This document shows, in pieces, positions 1-9,541 of a stretch of DNA of 64,000 bases (within the stretch, counting starts at the first letter, position 1; each line of letters opens with the position of its first letter). Origin of the DNA: a virus; IMG/VR virus record IMGVR_UViG_3300033064_001806, positions 46,364 through 110,363 of that record; one strand, written 5' to 3'. The notes beneath the pieces are model-generated. The model was not told the DNA's origin, made no database searches, and saw only the letters and a list, made by a program, of their open reading frames with translations. A program made the translations under genes and the position numbers.

Positions 1-2
1 CT

Positions 3-1187
3 GTTAATAAATATTTAGATTATATTGGCATTGGGTGGCCATTTCAAGATAGTGAACCAGACGAAGAAGAAGTTGATGCAAAAGACCCACCAGATGACCC
101 ACCAATAGATGGTGAAGGTGCAGCGGTAAAACCATTTTGGTATATTACAGTTGCAACACTTGTGGATTTTACAAATATGTTGGTAGAAAAGTTTGAAGGT
201 ACAGGGAATGCTACTGCACTTGGCAGAATAATAGAAGTGAGTTGTAACAAGAATTACACACAAGGATATACAGATGGTTCTGTAAAATCGGCATACCCGA
301 TAGATGTTATTTTTCCCAACACCGCCATGGGTTCTTATGGAGATTGCGTACCAGTATATGGTTTAGACGGTCTTTTCGGTACTGGTAATAAAATTTATAT
401 AGATGGTATTTTACTTGGAGTTGACTGGGTTAAAAAGGCGTATGATGAGTTTGTGGTAGACAACGCTGCAAATATACCATATAAGAATATTACAAAGTTT
501 CTTGAAAGTGTATTAAAGCGAATAAATATTGCTTCTGGTGACATATACCAAATATCAGCAGTCTTATGTGAACCACCGAATAATTTTGATGGTGCTGTTA
601 GTGGTGGTATATCAAAAACAATATTATCGATTGAGGACGCAAATATTGGACAAGCTATTACAGAAGCGGTTGACAGTAAGGCAATCAAATTTGAAGCAAC
701 TATATTCAAGCCACTTATAAAATCTGTTAGTATATCATCGAAACCACCTGCAGCAATGACTGCTGCTGCTTATACACAGGTTCGGGGTGGTAAGGCTGCC
801 AATCTTGAAACACCAACTGGTGCGGATGGTGGTAGGAGTTCAGTACTTAATGAAATGAAAAAGGCAGAAGCAAATTTTACAAAAACTGGTTTTAATTTAT
901 CTTGGTGTGAGGCATATCGTGGTTTACAGAGCAAGATGAAAAAATTAGGAAACGGAAAGGGTGATCATTGGATTAATCAAGCGCTGTATCCAGTTGACTT
1001 TACGGTAACTATTGATGGTATTAGTGGATTTAGATTTGGTGATGTTATAAAAACATCGTTAATTCCGTCAGCATACAGTAATGCAGGTTTAGTATTTGTT
1101 GTTACTAAAATAGATCATAAAATTACTGCAGGTGGTTGGGAAACTACATTATCAACTGCTGCCAGACTTACCGGTAAATTAGGATAA
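3..1187 (+). CDS. 5'-truncated virion structural protein, baseplate hub / tail (gpD/gp27-like C-terminus)
   Basis: Frame is open from position 3. The C-terminus 'VTIDGISGFRFGDVI...VVTKIDHKITAGGWETTL' resembles the last beta-barrel of contractile-tail hub proteins. Confidence 0.55.
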   Translation, partial: VNKYLDYIGIGWPFQDSEPDEEEVDAKDPPDDPPIDGEGAAVKPFWYITVATLVDFTNMLVEKFEGTGNATALGRIIEVSCNKNYTQGYTDGSVKSAYPIDVIFPNTAMGSYGDCVPVYGLDGLFGTGNKIYIDGILLGVDWVKKAYDEFVVDNAANIPYKNITKFLESVLKRINIASGDIYQISAVLCEPPNNFDGAVSGGISKTILSIEDANIGQAITEAVDSKAIKFEATIFKPLIKSVSISSKPPAAMTAAAYTQVRGGKAANLETPTGADGGRSSVLNEMKKAEANFTKTGFNLSWCEAYRGLQSKMKKLGNGKGDHWINQALYPVDFTVTIDGISGFRFGDVIKTSLIPSAYSNAGLVFVVTKIDHKITAGGWETTLSTAARLTGKLG

Positions 1188-1195
1188 GGAATACT

Positions 1196-1888
1196 ATGGC
1201 AAAAAGAAGAAAAATATATTATCCCGATGAACAGATAGAGAAAAATCTCTTTACTGCCGGTAGGGAATATATGCTTTTAGATAATTGGCAAGAATATTCT
1301 GGATATTATCATAGGTACGCAGGTAAGGAAGTATTTACTGAAAAGGAATGGGATCCTAACAAATCAAACAGATTAATCCGCTTCAAAGAAGGAACAAATA
1401 CATATTTCAAATATTTGGATTTGAAACAATTTACTGTATTATCAAACGGTGATAAAAGAAAGATAATTGGGGAAACTACTCAATTTTACAGATACCGTGC
1501 ACCAAGAGTTGTTGTAGTAAAACCAACTTCTGAAAACTTGAAGAAAGGGAAGATACTAAGATATTTCGTTTATAAAAGAAATGAACCAGAACGTGTATTT
1601 TTTGAAATAGATGCAAATCAAGTAAAAAATTACTCTTCACTTAATAAAGGAATAAATCATATATTATATGGATTAGTTAACATTACTTGGAAAGTAGATG
1701 GACCAGAATACGATATTTATAGTGGTTCTATTTTAATGAAGCCTGGTGTACACGATACAAATAAAAGAATTGTATTGAGGAATTCAAAAAAATACCCTAT
1801 GTTAGCGAAAGTAGTAACTAACTTTAGAAAATATTCTAAATATGATACTGGCTTATCACAAAGTACCGGTTGTATTAATTGTAAATAA
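1196..1888 (+). CDS. hypothetical phage protein (230 aa)
   Basis: ORF with GGA-type RBS, directly after the hub-like gene. Confidence 0.6.
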   Translation: MAKRRKIYYPDEQIEKNLFTAGREYMLLDNWQEYSGYYHRYAGKEVFTEKEWDPNKSNRLIRFKEGTNTYFKYLDLKQFTVLSNGDKRKIIGETTQFYRYRAPRVVVVKPTSENLKKGKILRYFVYKRNEPERVFFEIDANQVKNYSSLNKGINHILYGLVNITWKVDGPEYDIYSGSILMKPGVHDTNKRIVLRNSKKYPMLAKVVTNFRKYSKYDTGLSQSTGCINCK

Positions 1889-1894
1889 AATTTT

Positions 1895-3115
1895 ATGTTT
1901 CAAGATAAATCGTGCGTTTGTGTTCCATTACTTTCAAATTGGAACAAACATTCTTCTGATACCGCAGTAATTGGTCTGTACTTTCGATTCACCGATGGTA
2001 CAGATAGGTATATTAACTTTACACATCCAGATGAACTAGATTCCGATATTCAATTAACTCAGATTAAGTTATCCTCAACTTCTCTTGTGTTTAACAAGAA
2101 GGCAATGCTTTATCATGGGTTCAATGAAGGTATTGATTTGAATTCATACTTACATTATTACGCTGGTGATAGTATTAATCCAAGAGAATTTTATCCAAAG
2201 GGGATGGAAGTTTTATCCACTAAGTTCTTTAGAATAGAAGATTTAGGTCATGTTATACCGTTGGCGAATCAATTGGAGTGGGCAAAGAAGATTGGGGAAT
2301 ATGTTTTGGGGTTTGAACAGTTTAGAAGTGAAATGACAATAACTGAACAATGTATTGATTATTGCAATGACTTTACTAATGTTTTTTATGAAATAGAAAA
2401 GAATGAAATTCTTGTTGGTGATGAACGTAAAAAGCAAAACTATATGTGGTATACCGCAACAAGTAGACCGAGCAATGCGTGGAATAACTTTAACTTTTCT
2501 GCATTGAATAAAAAAGACGGTACACGGAATAAAATTCACTCAAGATTTGAAGGTGGGAAAATAGTTCAGTTTGATTATGACGCTTTCCATATTAAGTTAT
2601 TAGCAAAGATTTTAGATTATAAATTCGATTACCACCCATATGAACAAATAAAAGCAGAATTAGGAATGAATGGTGAGTATGACGCATTCAAAACAAGAGT
2701 GTTTCAAAACATCTATGGTAGAATAACACCAGACTTTATTCAACATCCATTCTTCCAACGTGTACAAGTGGTTATAGATCAGTTGTGGGAAGGGTATGAA
2801 AAGGATGGTTATGTTGATTCTCACTTCTATGGCAAACTATTCAGAGGTATTCAAGATCCAACACCGAATAAAGTATTTAATTATATACTTCAATCGTTAG
2901 AAACTGAATATAATGTGAAAAAGATTAAAACTGTTTTACCTGTTATTAACGATAAAAAGTCCATTTTCTCTATGTATTTGTACGATGCGTTCGTGTTTGA
3001 TATACATCCAGACGAAGAAAACCTAATAAATCTATTAAAAAATATTTTTGAAACTGATGGAATGACAGTAAAAGTTTATGCTGGTGATGACTTTGGTGCT
3101 ATTAAAAGAATTTAA
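1895..3115 (+). CDS. short family A DNA polymerase (PolA palm/fingers, no 5'-3' exonuclease)
   Basis: TATSRPSN; motif A 'QFDYDAFHIKLLAKI'; motif B 'KTRVFQNIYG'; 'FNYILQS'; motif C 'YLYDAFVFD'. Confidence 0.75.
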   Translation: MFQDKSCVCVPLLSNWNKHSSDTAVIGLYFRFTDGTDRYINFTHPDELDSDIQLTQIKLSSTSLVFNKKAMLYHGFNEGIDLNSYLHYYAGDSINPREFYPKGMEVLSTKFFRIEDLGHVIPLANQLEWAKKIGEYVLGFEQFRSEMTITEQCIDYCNDFTNVFYEIEKNEILVGDERKKQNYMWYTATSRPSNAWNNFNFSALNKKDGTRNKIHSRFEGGKIVQFDYDAFHIKLLAKILDYKFDYHPYEQIKAELGMNGEYDAFKTRVFQNIYGRITPDFIQHPFFQRVQVVIDQLWEGYEKDGYVDSHFYGKLFRGIQDPTPNKVFNYILQSLETEYNVKKIKTVLPVINDKKSIFSMYLYDAFVFDIHPDEENLINLLKNIFETDGMTVKVYAGDDFGAIKRI

Positions 3116-3163
3116 TTTGATATTTATGTAAGTACAATTTATGTAAAAATTGAGAGAGAATTA

Positions 3164-3553
3164 TTGAAAACGCAGTTGGTATGTACTTTTGCTAAAAAAT
3201 ATCAAATAGAAAGAACGCTGGATAATATAAAAGAAAATTTTAATGTATTAAACAACAAAGTTTTCTTATTCCGTTCTTTTGATGTTAAAGATGAATGCAT
3301 CCTTTCTTATAATATTATAATGGATACATATAAAAAGTTTTTACCCAATTCAATCATGGTTCATCAGAAGAAAGAAACAAATACGATATATACGATAAAC
3401 GCTTTAAACGAACTGATTATGAACTTGAATAATGGTGTATTGGATAAAACGTATCCTATTGAATGGGAAAGATATAGAAATTGTGCTTTATTGAAAAATA
3501 AAGACGGTTTCAAGGTTGTTAAAATAATACTAGTTAATATATATAATTTATAA
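3164..3553 (+). CDS. conserved hypothetical phage protein
   Basis: 129 aa, TTG start; 'HQKKETNTIYTINALN' block; ATATTTAT motif at 3120. Confidence 0.6.
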   Translation: MKTQLVCTFAKKYQIERTLDNIKENFNVLNNKVFLFRSFDVKDECILSYNIIMDTYKKFLPNSIMVHQKKETNTIYTINALNELIMNLNNGVLDKTYPIEWERYRNCALLKNKDGFKVVKIILVNIYNL

Positions 3554-3559
3554 ACAATT

Positions 3560-3568
3560 ATATTTATA
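3560..3568 (+). promoter_or_regulatory. putative phage late-promoter motif ATATTTATA
   Basis: Intergenic; the same ATA(T/C)TTAT motif recurs at 3120, 10883, 10998, 13949, 21233, 33328, 45679, 50980, 57519, 60291. Confidence 0.5.
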
Positions 3569-3601
3569 GTATATGTATTACATTATATATTAGAAGAAAA
3601 T

Positions 3602-3919
3602 ATGAAAAAAGAAGAACTTGTAGAAGTAATTACACAGAGAGTACTTGAAACACTCAGCGAACGAATTTCATTATTGGAATCGAGTGGATTTGATATTATA
3701 TTCAGTTCTCTTAGAAAAGAGTTGAATAAAATAACTATACTTCCAGATAATGTAATTGACGCAAGCCAGTATAAAGAACACGAATTAGTCGATGCTTTGA
3801 AGAAAATTGGTTATGAGTATAAAAAACCAATGGGTAATAAACTACATTTTTTTAATAAAAAAACAAGTATAAGTCTTTATCTAATTCAGAAAACTTTGAA
3901 AATAACACTTATGCCATAA
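3602..3919 (+). CDS. hypothetical protein, possible head-associated protein
   Basis: 105 aa; N-terminal amphipathic helix ending 'RVLE...LLE'. Confidence 0.55.
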   Translation: MKKEELVEVITQRVLETLSERISLLESSGFDIIFSSLRKELNKITILPDNVIDASQYKEHELVDALKKIGYEYKKPMGNKLHFFNKKTSISLYLIQKTLKITLMP

Positions 3920-3929
3920 GAGACATTAA

Positions 3930-4799
3930 ATGAAAAAAACACAGACTAAAAAAGTACGTATTATTAAAGAAGATGTTTCTTCTGCAAATATAAGCCCCAT
4001 AAGTTACATGGTGTTTATAGATATTTCTAGTTATCTATCCAAAGGTCGTGGTTTATTAAATTCTATGTTTTCAAGTAAAGCAACTGAATCTATTACAAAA
4101 TGGTTTGGTAGAGTAAAAGAAGACGAAACTTATAAGGAAAATGAAGAGGCATTCAAAGCCATTTCTTCAAGATTTATGGGCAATCCTATTTTGAAAAAAC
4201 TTTATAGTTCAATAGACAAACTTAAAACCATTTCAACTGGCGAAACAGATCAAAGTGAAAGAGATAAAGATATTGAAAACTTATTGGGTAAAATAAGTTT
4301 ATTTATTAAAAATAGACTTACAAAAAAAGACAGGGAACTTATTGGTAAAATTTCAACTGTAGTTAATTCGATTGGTAATAATATTTCTTCTACCATAAAA
4401 TCAGACTTAGAAGTAATGACAAAAGCAGAAGCACCTGCACCAATCCAGTCAAAATCTAATGAAGAAAAACCAAAAGTAGAAGGAAAAGTAAATGAAAGAC
4501 TAAAAAATAAGTTGCGTAAGAAAATCAAAGAAATAATTAGAACTCAGATGCTAACCCCAAAATTAACTAAAGAAACTCCATTGTATGACATTGCAGCCCT
4601 TATTAGGAAAGATTGGAAGAATGTTTATCTCGGTGCTAAACCTTATCTTGATGCAATGAGTAAGCTCACTAATATATCAGATAGACATGGTGCAGATGAT
4701 GCTAAAACTATTGTTCTTTATTTTCTTTCTAATGCTTCTGCATGGAGAGGAGATACAGCAAAGGCAGTAAAGGCTCATCTTAAATCATTAGTCAAGTAA
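3930..4799 (+). CDS. hypothetical multi-domain protein
   Basis: 289 aa; distinct C-terminal domain 'PLYDIAALIRKDW...PYLDAM...YFLSNASAWRG' after a basic helix 'LKNKLRKKIKEIIR'. Confidence 0.6.
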   Translation: MKKTQTKKVRIIKEDVSSANISPISYMVFIDISSYLSKGRGLLNSMFSSKATESITKWFGRVKEDETYKENEEAFKAISSRFMGNPILKKLYSSIDKLKTISTGETDQSERDKDIENLLGKISLFIKNRLTKKDRELIGKISTVVNSIGNNISSTIKSDLEVMTKAEAPAPIQSKSNEEKPKVEGKVNERLKNKLRKKIKEIIRTQMLTPKLTKETPLYDIAALIRKDWKNVYLGAKPYLDAMSKLTNISDRHGADDAKTIVLYFLSNASAWRGDTAKAVKAHLKSLVK

Positions 4800-4894
4800 A
4801 TATTATTTTACATAACATTATTAAATTAAAGTAAATTGAGAGTGGGTATAATGAAAAAGCAAAAAGACTTAGTGAAAAAAAACAATAAATGTAC

Positions 4895-5524
4895 GTGATA
4901 AAGTTAATAGATATATTAAAAGAAATGGGGATTGATAAAGGTGCGTTCCATGGATTTGGAATGAAACCACAAGATATGCGTGTTGATAGTTGCAATGTGG
5001 AATGGACAAGTCCAGACCAAGATACTGGTTGCCCTGCGTTTTCTGATTCAACTAAAATTACAGAAGAAGATATTACCAAGGCAATCGAATATCTAAATAC
5101 GGAAAAACTAAAAACATTAATAGCATATTCAAGGGGTGGTGCAATATTATTACAAGCGTTATCTATGGGTGCTAAGAAACCATCAACAGTTTATTTAGTG
5201 GCTCCTGCTTGGAATAGACAATGGCCTACTGTGAGTTTAACTGGTTCTGAAGTAAACGGAAGTGGTGCAATAATTCATGGTGGTAGTGATAATGTAGTTC
5301 CATTAAAACATTCTGTAATATTAGCAAAGGCAAGTGGTATGCCATTATATGTGTTCCTTGGAATGAATCATGTTAGCATATTAAAAAACAAAGATAATCC
5401 AACTTCTGGAATACTATTGAAAAATTTAGAAAATGCTATGGAGGTTTTGCCAGATTGGGGTGCAAGTGGAAAAGCAACGGAAGAAGAGTTAAAAATGCAA
5501 GAAGAGTTTATAAATAATATTTGA
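4895..5524 (+). CDS. alpha/beta hydrolase with N-terminal KL..IL.E leader
   Basis: Likely GTG start giving MIKLIDILKE; nucleophile elbow 'AYSRGG', acid 'HGGSDNVVP', His 'MNH'. Confidence 0.75.
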   Translation: MIKLIDILKEMGIDKGAFHGFGMKPQDMRVDSCNVEWTSPDQDTGCPAFSDSTKITEEDITKAIEYLNTEKLKTLIAYSRGGAILLQALSMGAKKPSTVYLVAPAWNRQWPTVSLTGSEVNGSGAIIHGGSDNVVPLKHSVILAKASGMPLYVFLGMNHVSILKNKDNPTSGILLKNLENAMEVLPDWGASGKATEEELKMQEEFINNI

Positions 5525-6432
5525 GAAAAATTATCAGTAAATTAAGTGTATTATTAAATGAAGTTAGAGACTTCAGAAAAAATGCAATAGATAATGCTAA
5601 ATTTCGCCTTAGAGAAACATTCATTAATGAAGAAGGTGAAGACAAATCACAAGATGAAATAAAGGCAATTCTGAAAAAAGATTACTCTTCTTTTGTTAAA
5701 GAGTTGGGTGATAATATAAAAGATGAAAAATTTCTAAACGCTATAAAATCACTTTCTAACACATCACCTCTTAAAGTATCAGGAATGTCTCCCGTAGTTA
5801 CAGATTTACAACCAACACAGAATGAAGTTATAATGGATAAATCTTTAAGTTATCCACTAACAGATGTACCAAGTGCCGAACAATACTTAAAAGGTGGAGT
5901 GGTTGCCGTTGCAGGTAAATCAATTATAACATCAGGTGGTGGTAAGTATGTAATAGATGGACATCACAGATGGTCGCAAGTGTTGTGTATCAATCCAGAC
6001 GCTAAAATTAAAGCATTAGATTTAACAGACATTAAAAAACCGATTGAAGCATTAAAAGCAACACAGATTGGAATAGCTGCACAAACAGGTGCAGTTCCAA
6101 CCGCAGCAGGTGGTGGAGTAAACCTTTTTACAGTTGGTGAGGGTGAGTTAAAAAAATATGTTATTGATAAAATAAAAGAACCAGTTGTTGCTGTATTTGA
6201 AAAATATGGTAAAGGTGATACACCAGAAACAATTGCAGATTATATTTGGGAAAATGTTCAAATACTTAAAAAACAATCTCCCCCAGTAGCAGGTGCACCT
6301 AAACGTGATGTGATGCCACAAACAGATGATGCACCACAATGGGTTGACAATACTTTCAATGTAGAACAAATACCAGAAGAATTAACTAATCGATTCAAAG
6401 AACTATTACGGTATAACAACAGAAATAAATAA
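5521..6432 (+). CDS. ParB/sulfiredoxin-like domain protein with leader
   Basis: 'LQPTQNE' and 'YVIDGHHRW' ParB-N motifs; N-terminal 'KLSVLLNE'. Confidence 0.7.
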   Translation: MRKIISKLSVLLNEVRDFRKNAIDNAKFRLRETFINEEGEDKSQDEIKAILKKDYSSFVKELGDNIKDEKFLNAIKSLSNTSPLKVSGMSPVVTDLQPTQNEVIMDKSLSYPLTDVPSAEQYLKGGVVAVAGKSIITSGGGKYVIDGHHRWSQVLCINPDAKIKALDLTDIKKPIEALKATQIGIAAQTGAVPTAAGGGVNLFTVGEGELKKYVIDKIKEPVVAVFEKYGKGDTPETIADYIWENVQILKKQSPPVAGAPKRDVMPQTDDAPQWVDNTFNVEQIPEELTNRFKELLRYNNRNK

Positions 6433-6438
6433 AATCAC

Positions 6439-6467
6439 TGGGGACAAAATGTCCCCATGTTTATTTT
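6439..6467 (+). terminator. intrinsic terminator
   Basis: TGGGGACA-aaa-TGTCCCCA stem followed by a T-rich tract. Confidence 0.7.
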
Positions 6468-6475
6468 ACATAAGA

Positions 6476-6507
6476 TTTGAATATTAAACATTAAAACATT
6501 ATATTTG
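6476..6507 (+). promoter_or_regulatory. Bacteroidota-type sigma70 promoter (-33 TTTG / -7 TATATTTG) for the replication operon
   Basis: TTTG 6476-6479, 20-nt spacer, TATATTTG 6500-6507. Confidence 0.7.
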
Positions 6508-6567
6508 TACTAACATATTGAACGATATGAGTTCAACATTATTTATTATTTATTAAGGAGTTACATC

Positions 6568-7338
6568 ATGGCTATCAATCTTGATGCAATTAAAAATCGT
6601 TTGTCTTCATTAAAAAACACAAACAATCGTGTTTCAAACATTTGGAAACCAGAACCAGGTGAACATCAAATCCGAATTGTTCCTTATGTTCACAACTTAG
6701 AAAATCCATTCATTGACCTTTACTTTCATTACAACATAGGAAAGCGGTCTATTCTTTCTCCTGTAACATATGGTCGCCCTGACCCTATTCTTGAGTTTGC
6801 TGAGAAGTTAAAACAAACAGGTGACAAAGAAGATTGGCTAATGGGAAGAAAGCTCGAACCAAAAATGAGAACATATTTACCAGTTATTATCCGTGGACAA
6901 GAATCTGAGGGTGTAAAGTTTTGGGGATTTGGTAAAATGATTTATGAAGAACTTTTAACATTTTTTGCTGATGAAGATTACGGTGATTTATCCGATCCTA
7001 AAAATGGGCGTGATATTGTAGTTACTGTTAAGTCAGCAGAAGAAATCGGTAAGTCTTATGCAGAAACATCTATTCGTGTTAAACCAAAACAAACACCACT
7101 TACAGAAAATGCTGCGGTTCTTGAGAAAGTTAAACAGCAACCAAAAATCAATGAACTTTATCCAGAACCAACTTATGATGAATTAAAATCCCAATTACAA
7201 ACTTGGATGGGAACTACACACGAAGATGTTGTAAAAAGTTCTACAAACAACACATATGGTAAAACCAGTAATTCAGAAGAACATACAAAAGCGGTAACTT
7301 CTTCAACAGTTGCTTCTTCTTTCGATGACTTATTTTAA
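6568..7338 (+). CDS. single-stranded DNA-binding protein (T4 gp32-like)
   Basis: 'WKPEPGEHQIRIVP', 'VKFWGFGK', 'DPKNGRDI', acidic C-terminus 'SFDDLF'; first gene of the recombination/replication cluster. Confidence 0.8.
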   Translation: MAINLDAIKNRLSSLKNTNNRVSNIWKPEPGEHQIRIVPYVHNLENPFIDLYFHYNIGKRSILSPVTYGRPDPILEFAEKLKQTGDKEDWLMGRKLEPKMRTYLPVIIRGQESEGVKFWGFGKMIYEELLTFFADEDYGDLSDPKNGRDIVVTVKSAEEIGKSYAETSIRVKPKQTPLTENAAVLEKVKQQPKINELYPEPTYDELKSQLQTWMGTTHEDVVKSSTNNTYGKTSNSEEHTKAVTSSTVASSFDDLF

Positions 7339-7352
7339 TAGGGATATACGTT

Positions 7353-8498
7353 ATGGCAAAATCAAAGAGTGACTTATCCGATGAACTCGGTGGAGTTATT
7401 GCAGAAACAATAAATAAAAAGTTCAAAGAACAGCATTTTAAAACCGCTTATTTTCTTGAGGGTGATAGTGATGCACCCACGATTGTAAAAGAATGGGTTG
7501 GTACTGGCTCAACAATTCTTGATTTGGCAATTTCAAATCGTAAGAATGGTGGATTTCCAGTAGGTAGAGTGTGTGAAATAACAGGATTAGAACAATCAGG
7601 TAAATCTCTATTAGCAGCACACGCTCTACTAAACACTCAAAGAAAAGGCGGACTTGCAGTTTACATAGACACAGAAAATGCTATCTCTACTGAATATCTA
7701 ACCGCAATTGGTTTGAACCTTAAAGACATGCTCTACATTCCATTGGATACAATGGAAGATGTGTTTGAAGCGGTTGAGGTTATTATTGAGAAGGTTCGTT
7801 CTTCCGATAAAAATAAATTGGTTACAATAGTTATTGATTCTATTGCCGGTGCATCTACTAAAACAGAGATGGCTGCAGATTTTGATAAAGATGGTTATGC
7901 TACTGCAAAGGCACTTATCATTTCAAAGGCAATGAGAAAAATAACAAATTTAATCGGTAGAGAACGCATTTGTCTTATTATCACAAATCAACTTCGTCAA
8001 AAACTAAATGCACCTGCATTTTCAGACCAATGGACTGCACCCGGTGGTAAAGCACTTCCGTTTCATGCTTCCGTTCGTATTCGTCTCTCTTCAATCGGTT
8101 CAATTAAAGTAAAGGTTGAAGGACATGATGAAATCGTTGGTTCAAGAGTAAAGGCTAAATTAGTAAAGAACAGAGTTGGTCCACCACTACGAGAATGTGA
8201 ATACGAGATTTATTTTGATTCTGGCATAGATGACTACAGTAGTTGGCTTACCACGATGAAAGATTATAACCTTGTTGCACAAGCAGGTGCTTGGTATTCA
8301 TGGACAAACAAAGAAACGGGCGAAGTTATTAAATTTCAATCGAAAGATTTTGTTGAAAAAATTATGAATCATCCAAAATTAAAAGAAATGGTTTATGATG
8401 AAATTGCTGATAAAGTAATTATGAAATACCAACAACTTGACTCTGCTCGTATTGATGAAGTAATTATTTCAAATCAGTCAATTGATACAGACGCATAA
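7353..8498 (+). CDS. recA: RecA/UvsX recombinase
   Basis: 'GGFPVGRVCEITGLEQSGKS' Walker A, 'YIDTE', 'IDS', 'TNQLR', 'GGKALPFHASVR', 'KNRVGPP'. Confidence 0.95.
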   Translation: MAKSKSDLSDELGGVIAETINKKFKEQHFKTAYFLEGDSDAPTIVKEWVGTGSTILDLAISNRKNGGFPVGRVCEITGLEQSGKSLLAAHALLNTQRKGGLAVYIDTENAISTEYLTAIGLNLKDMLYIPLDTMEDVFEAVEVIIEKVRSSDKNKLVTIVIDSIAGASTKTEMAADFDKDGYATAKALIISKAMRKITNLIGRERICLIITNQLRQKLNAPAFSDQWTAPGGKALPFHASVRIRLSSIGSIKVKVEGHDEIVGSRVKAKLVKNRVGPPLRECEYEIYFDSGIDDYSSWLTTMKDYNLVAQAGAWYSWTNKETGEVIKFQSKDFVEKIMNHPKLKEMVYDEIADKVIMKYQQLDSARIDEVIISNQSIDTDA

Positions 8499-9541
8499 TG
8501 AACAAGTATCAGAAACTACTTCAAGAAATAGAAACTGAGAAAGAACTACAAGGTAATTTACACCGCGATAGTAAGGTTTTGATTGTAGATGGGATGAACT
8601 TATTTATAAGAACATTCTCGGCTATTCCTTCATTAAATGAAGATGGTCAACATATTGGTGGTCTATCTGGCTTTCTCAAATCACTTGCTGCAACAATTCG
8701 TATGACGAATCCAACACGAGTCGTGATTGTCTTTGATGGGAAGGGTGGTTCACTAAGAAGAAAGAAAATATATTCAAATTACAAGGAAGGTAGAGCAAAT
8801 AAATCTAAATTAAATAGGGTTGCGGGTTTTGAGAATCTTGAGGATGAACAAAAGTCTATGAGGTTTCAACTGTTTCGTCTGTTTACTTATTTACAGAATT
8901 TGCCATTAACCATTATATCGATGGATAATATTGAGGCTGATGATGTTATTGCCTACCTTTCTTTTTATTTGAAAGAAAAATCTGTTATATTATCGAATGA
9001 TAGAGATTTTTTACAGTTGGTATCAGAACAAGTTTCTGTGTATTTACCAACGAAAAAAAAGTTATATACACCAGAAAATCTATTAGAAGAAACTGGAGTA
9101 TGGTGTGAGAATTTTATTTTATTCAAAGCATTATTAGGCGATAAGAGTGATAACATTAAAGGTATTAGTGGGTTTGGTGAAAAAACAATATTGAAACACT
9201 TCCCAATACTTTCAGAAAAAAGAAAAATTGATTTAGATATGTTCGTAGAATTTTGTAAATTGTATGATAATAAATCTAAAGCAATCAATGAACTCAAAAA
9301 TAACATTAGTGTATTAGAAACTAACTATAAGCTTATGCAATTACACGATGTTGATATTTCACAAAGTTTTAAATCATCTATACGTGGCATGGTCGATGGT
9401 GAAATCCAAAAACTAAATAAAATTGAATTGGACAAATTATTTATAGTAGATAAATTATACTCTGCTATACCTAATTTTGAACACTGGTTACAAAGAAATT
9501 TTGGAAATCTAAATACGATTCGGAATATATATGCAGGATAA
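8498..9541 (+). CDS. 5'-3' exonuclease / RNase H (T4 Rnh / FEN-like)
   Basis: 'IVDGMN', 'VFDG', 'YKEGR', 'EADDVI', 'SNDRDFLQL', 'GDKSDNIKGISGFGEKT'. Confidence 0.92.
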   Translation: MNKYQKLLQEIETEKELQGNLHRDSKVLIVDGMNLFIRTFSAIPSLNEDGQHIGGLSGFLKSLAATIRMTNPTRVVIVFDGKGGSLRRKKIYSNYKEGRANKSKLNRVAGFENLEDEQKSMRFQLFRLFTYLQNLPLTIISMDNIEADDVIAYLSFYLKEKSVILSNDRDFLQLVSEQVSVYLPTKKKLYTPENLLEETGVWCENFILFKALLGDKSDNIKGISGFGEKTILKHFPILSEKRKIDLDMFVEFCKLYDNKSKAINELKNNISVLETNYKLMQLHDVDISQSFKSSIRGMVDGEIQKLNKIELDKLFIVDKLYSAIPNFEHWLQRNFGNLNTIRNIYAG

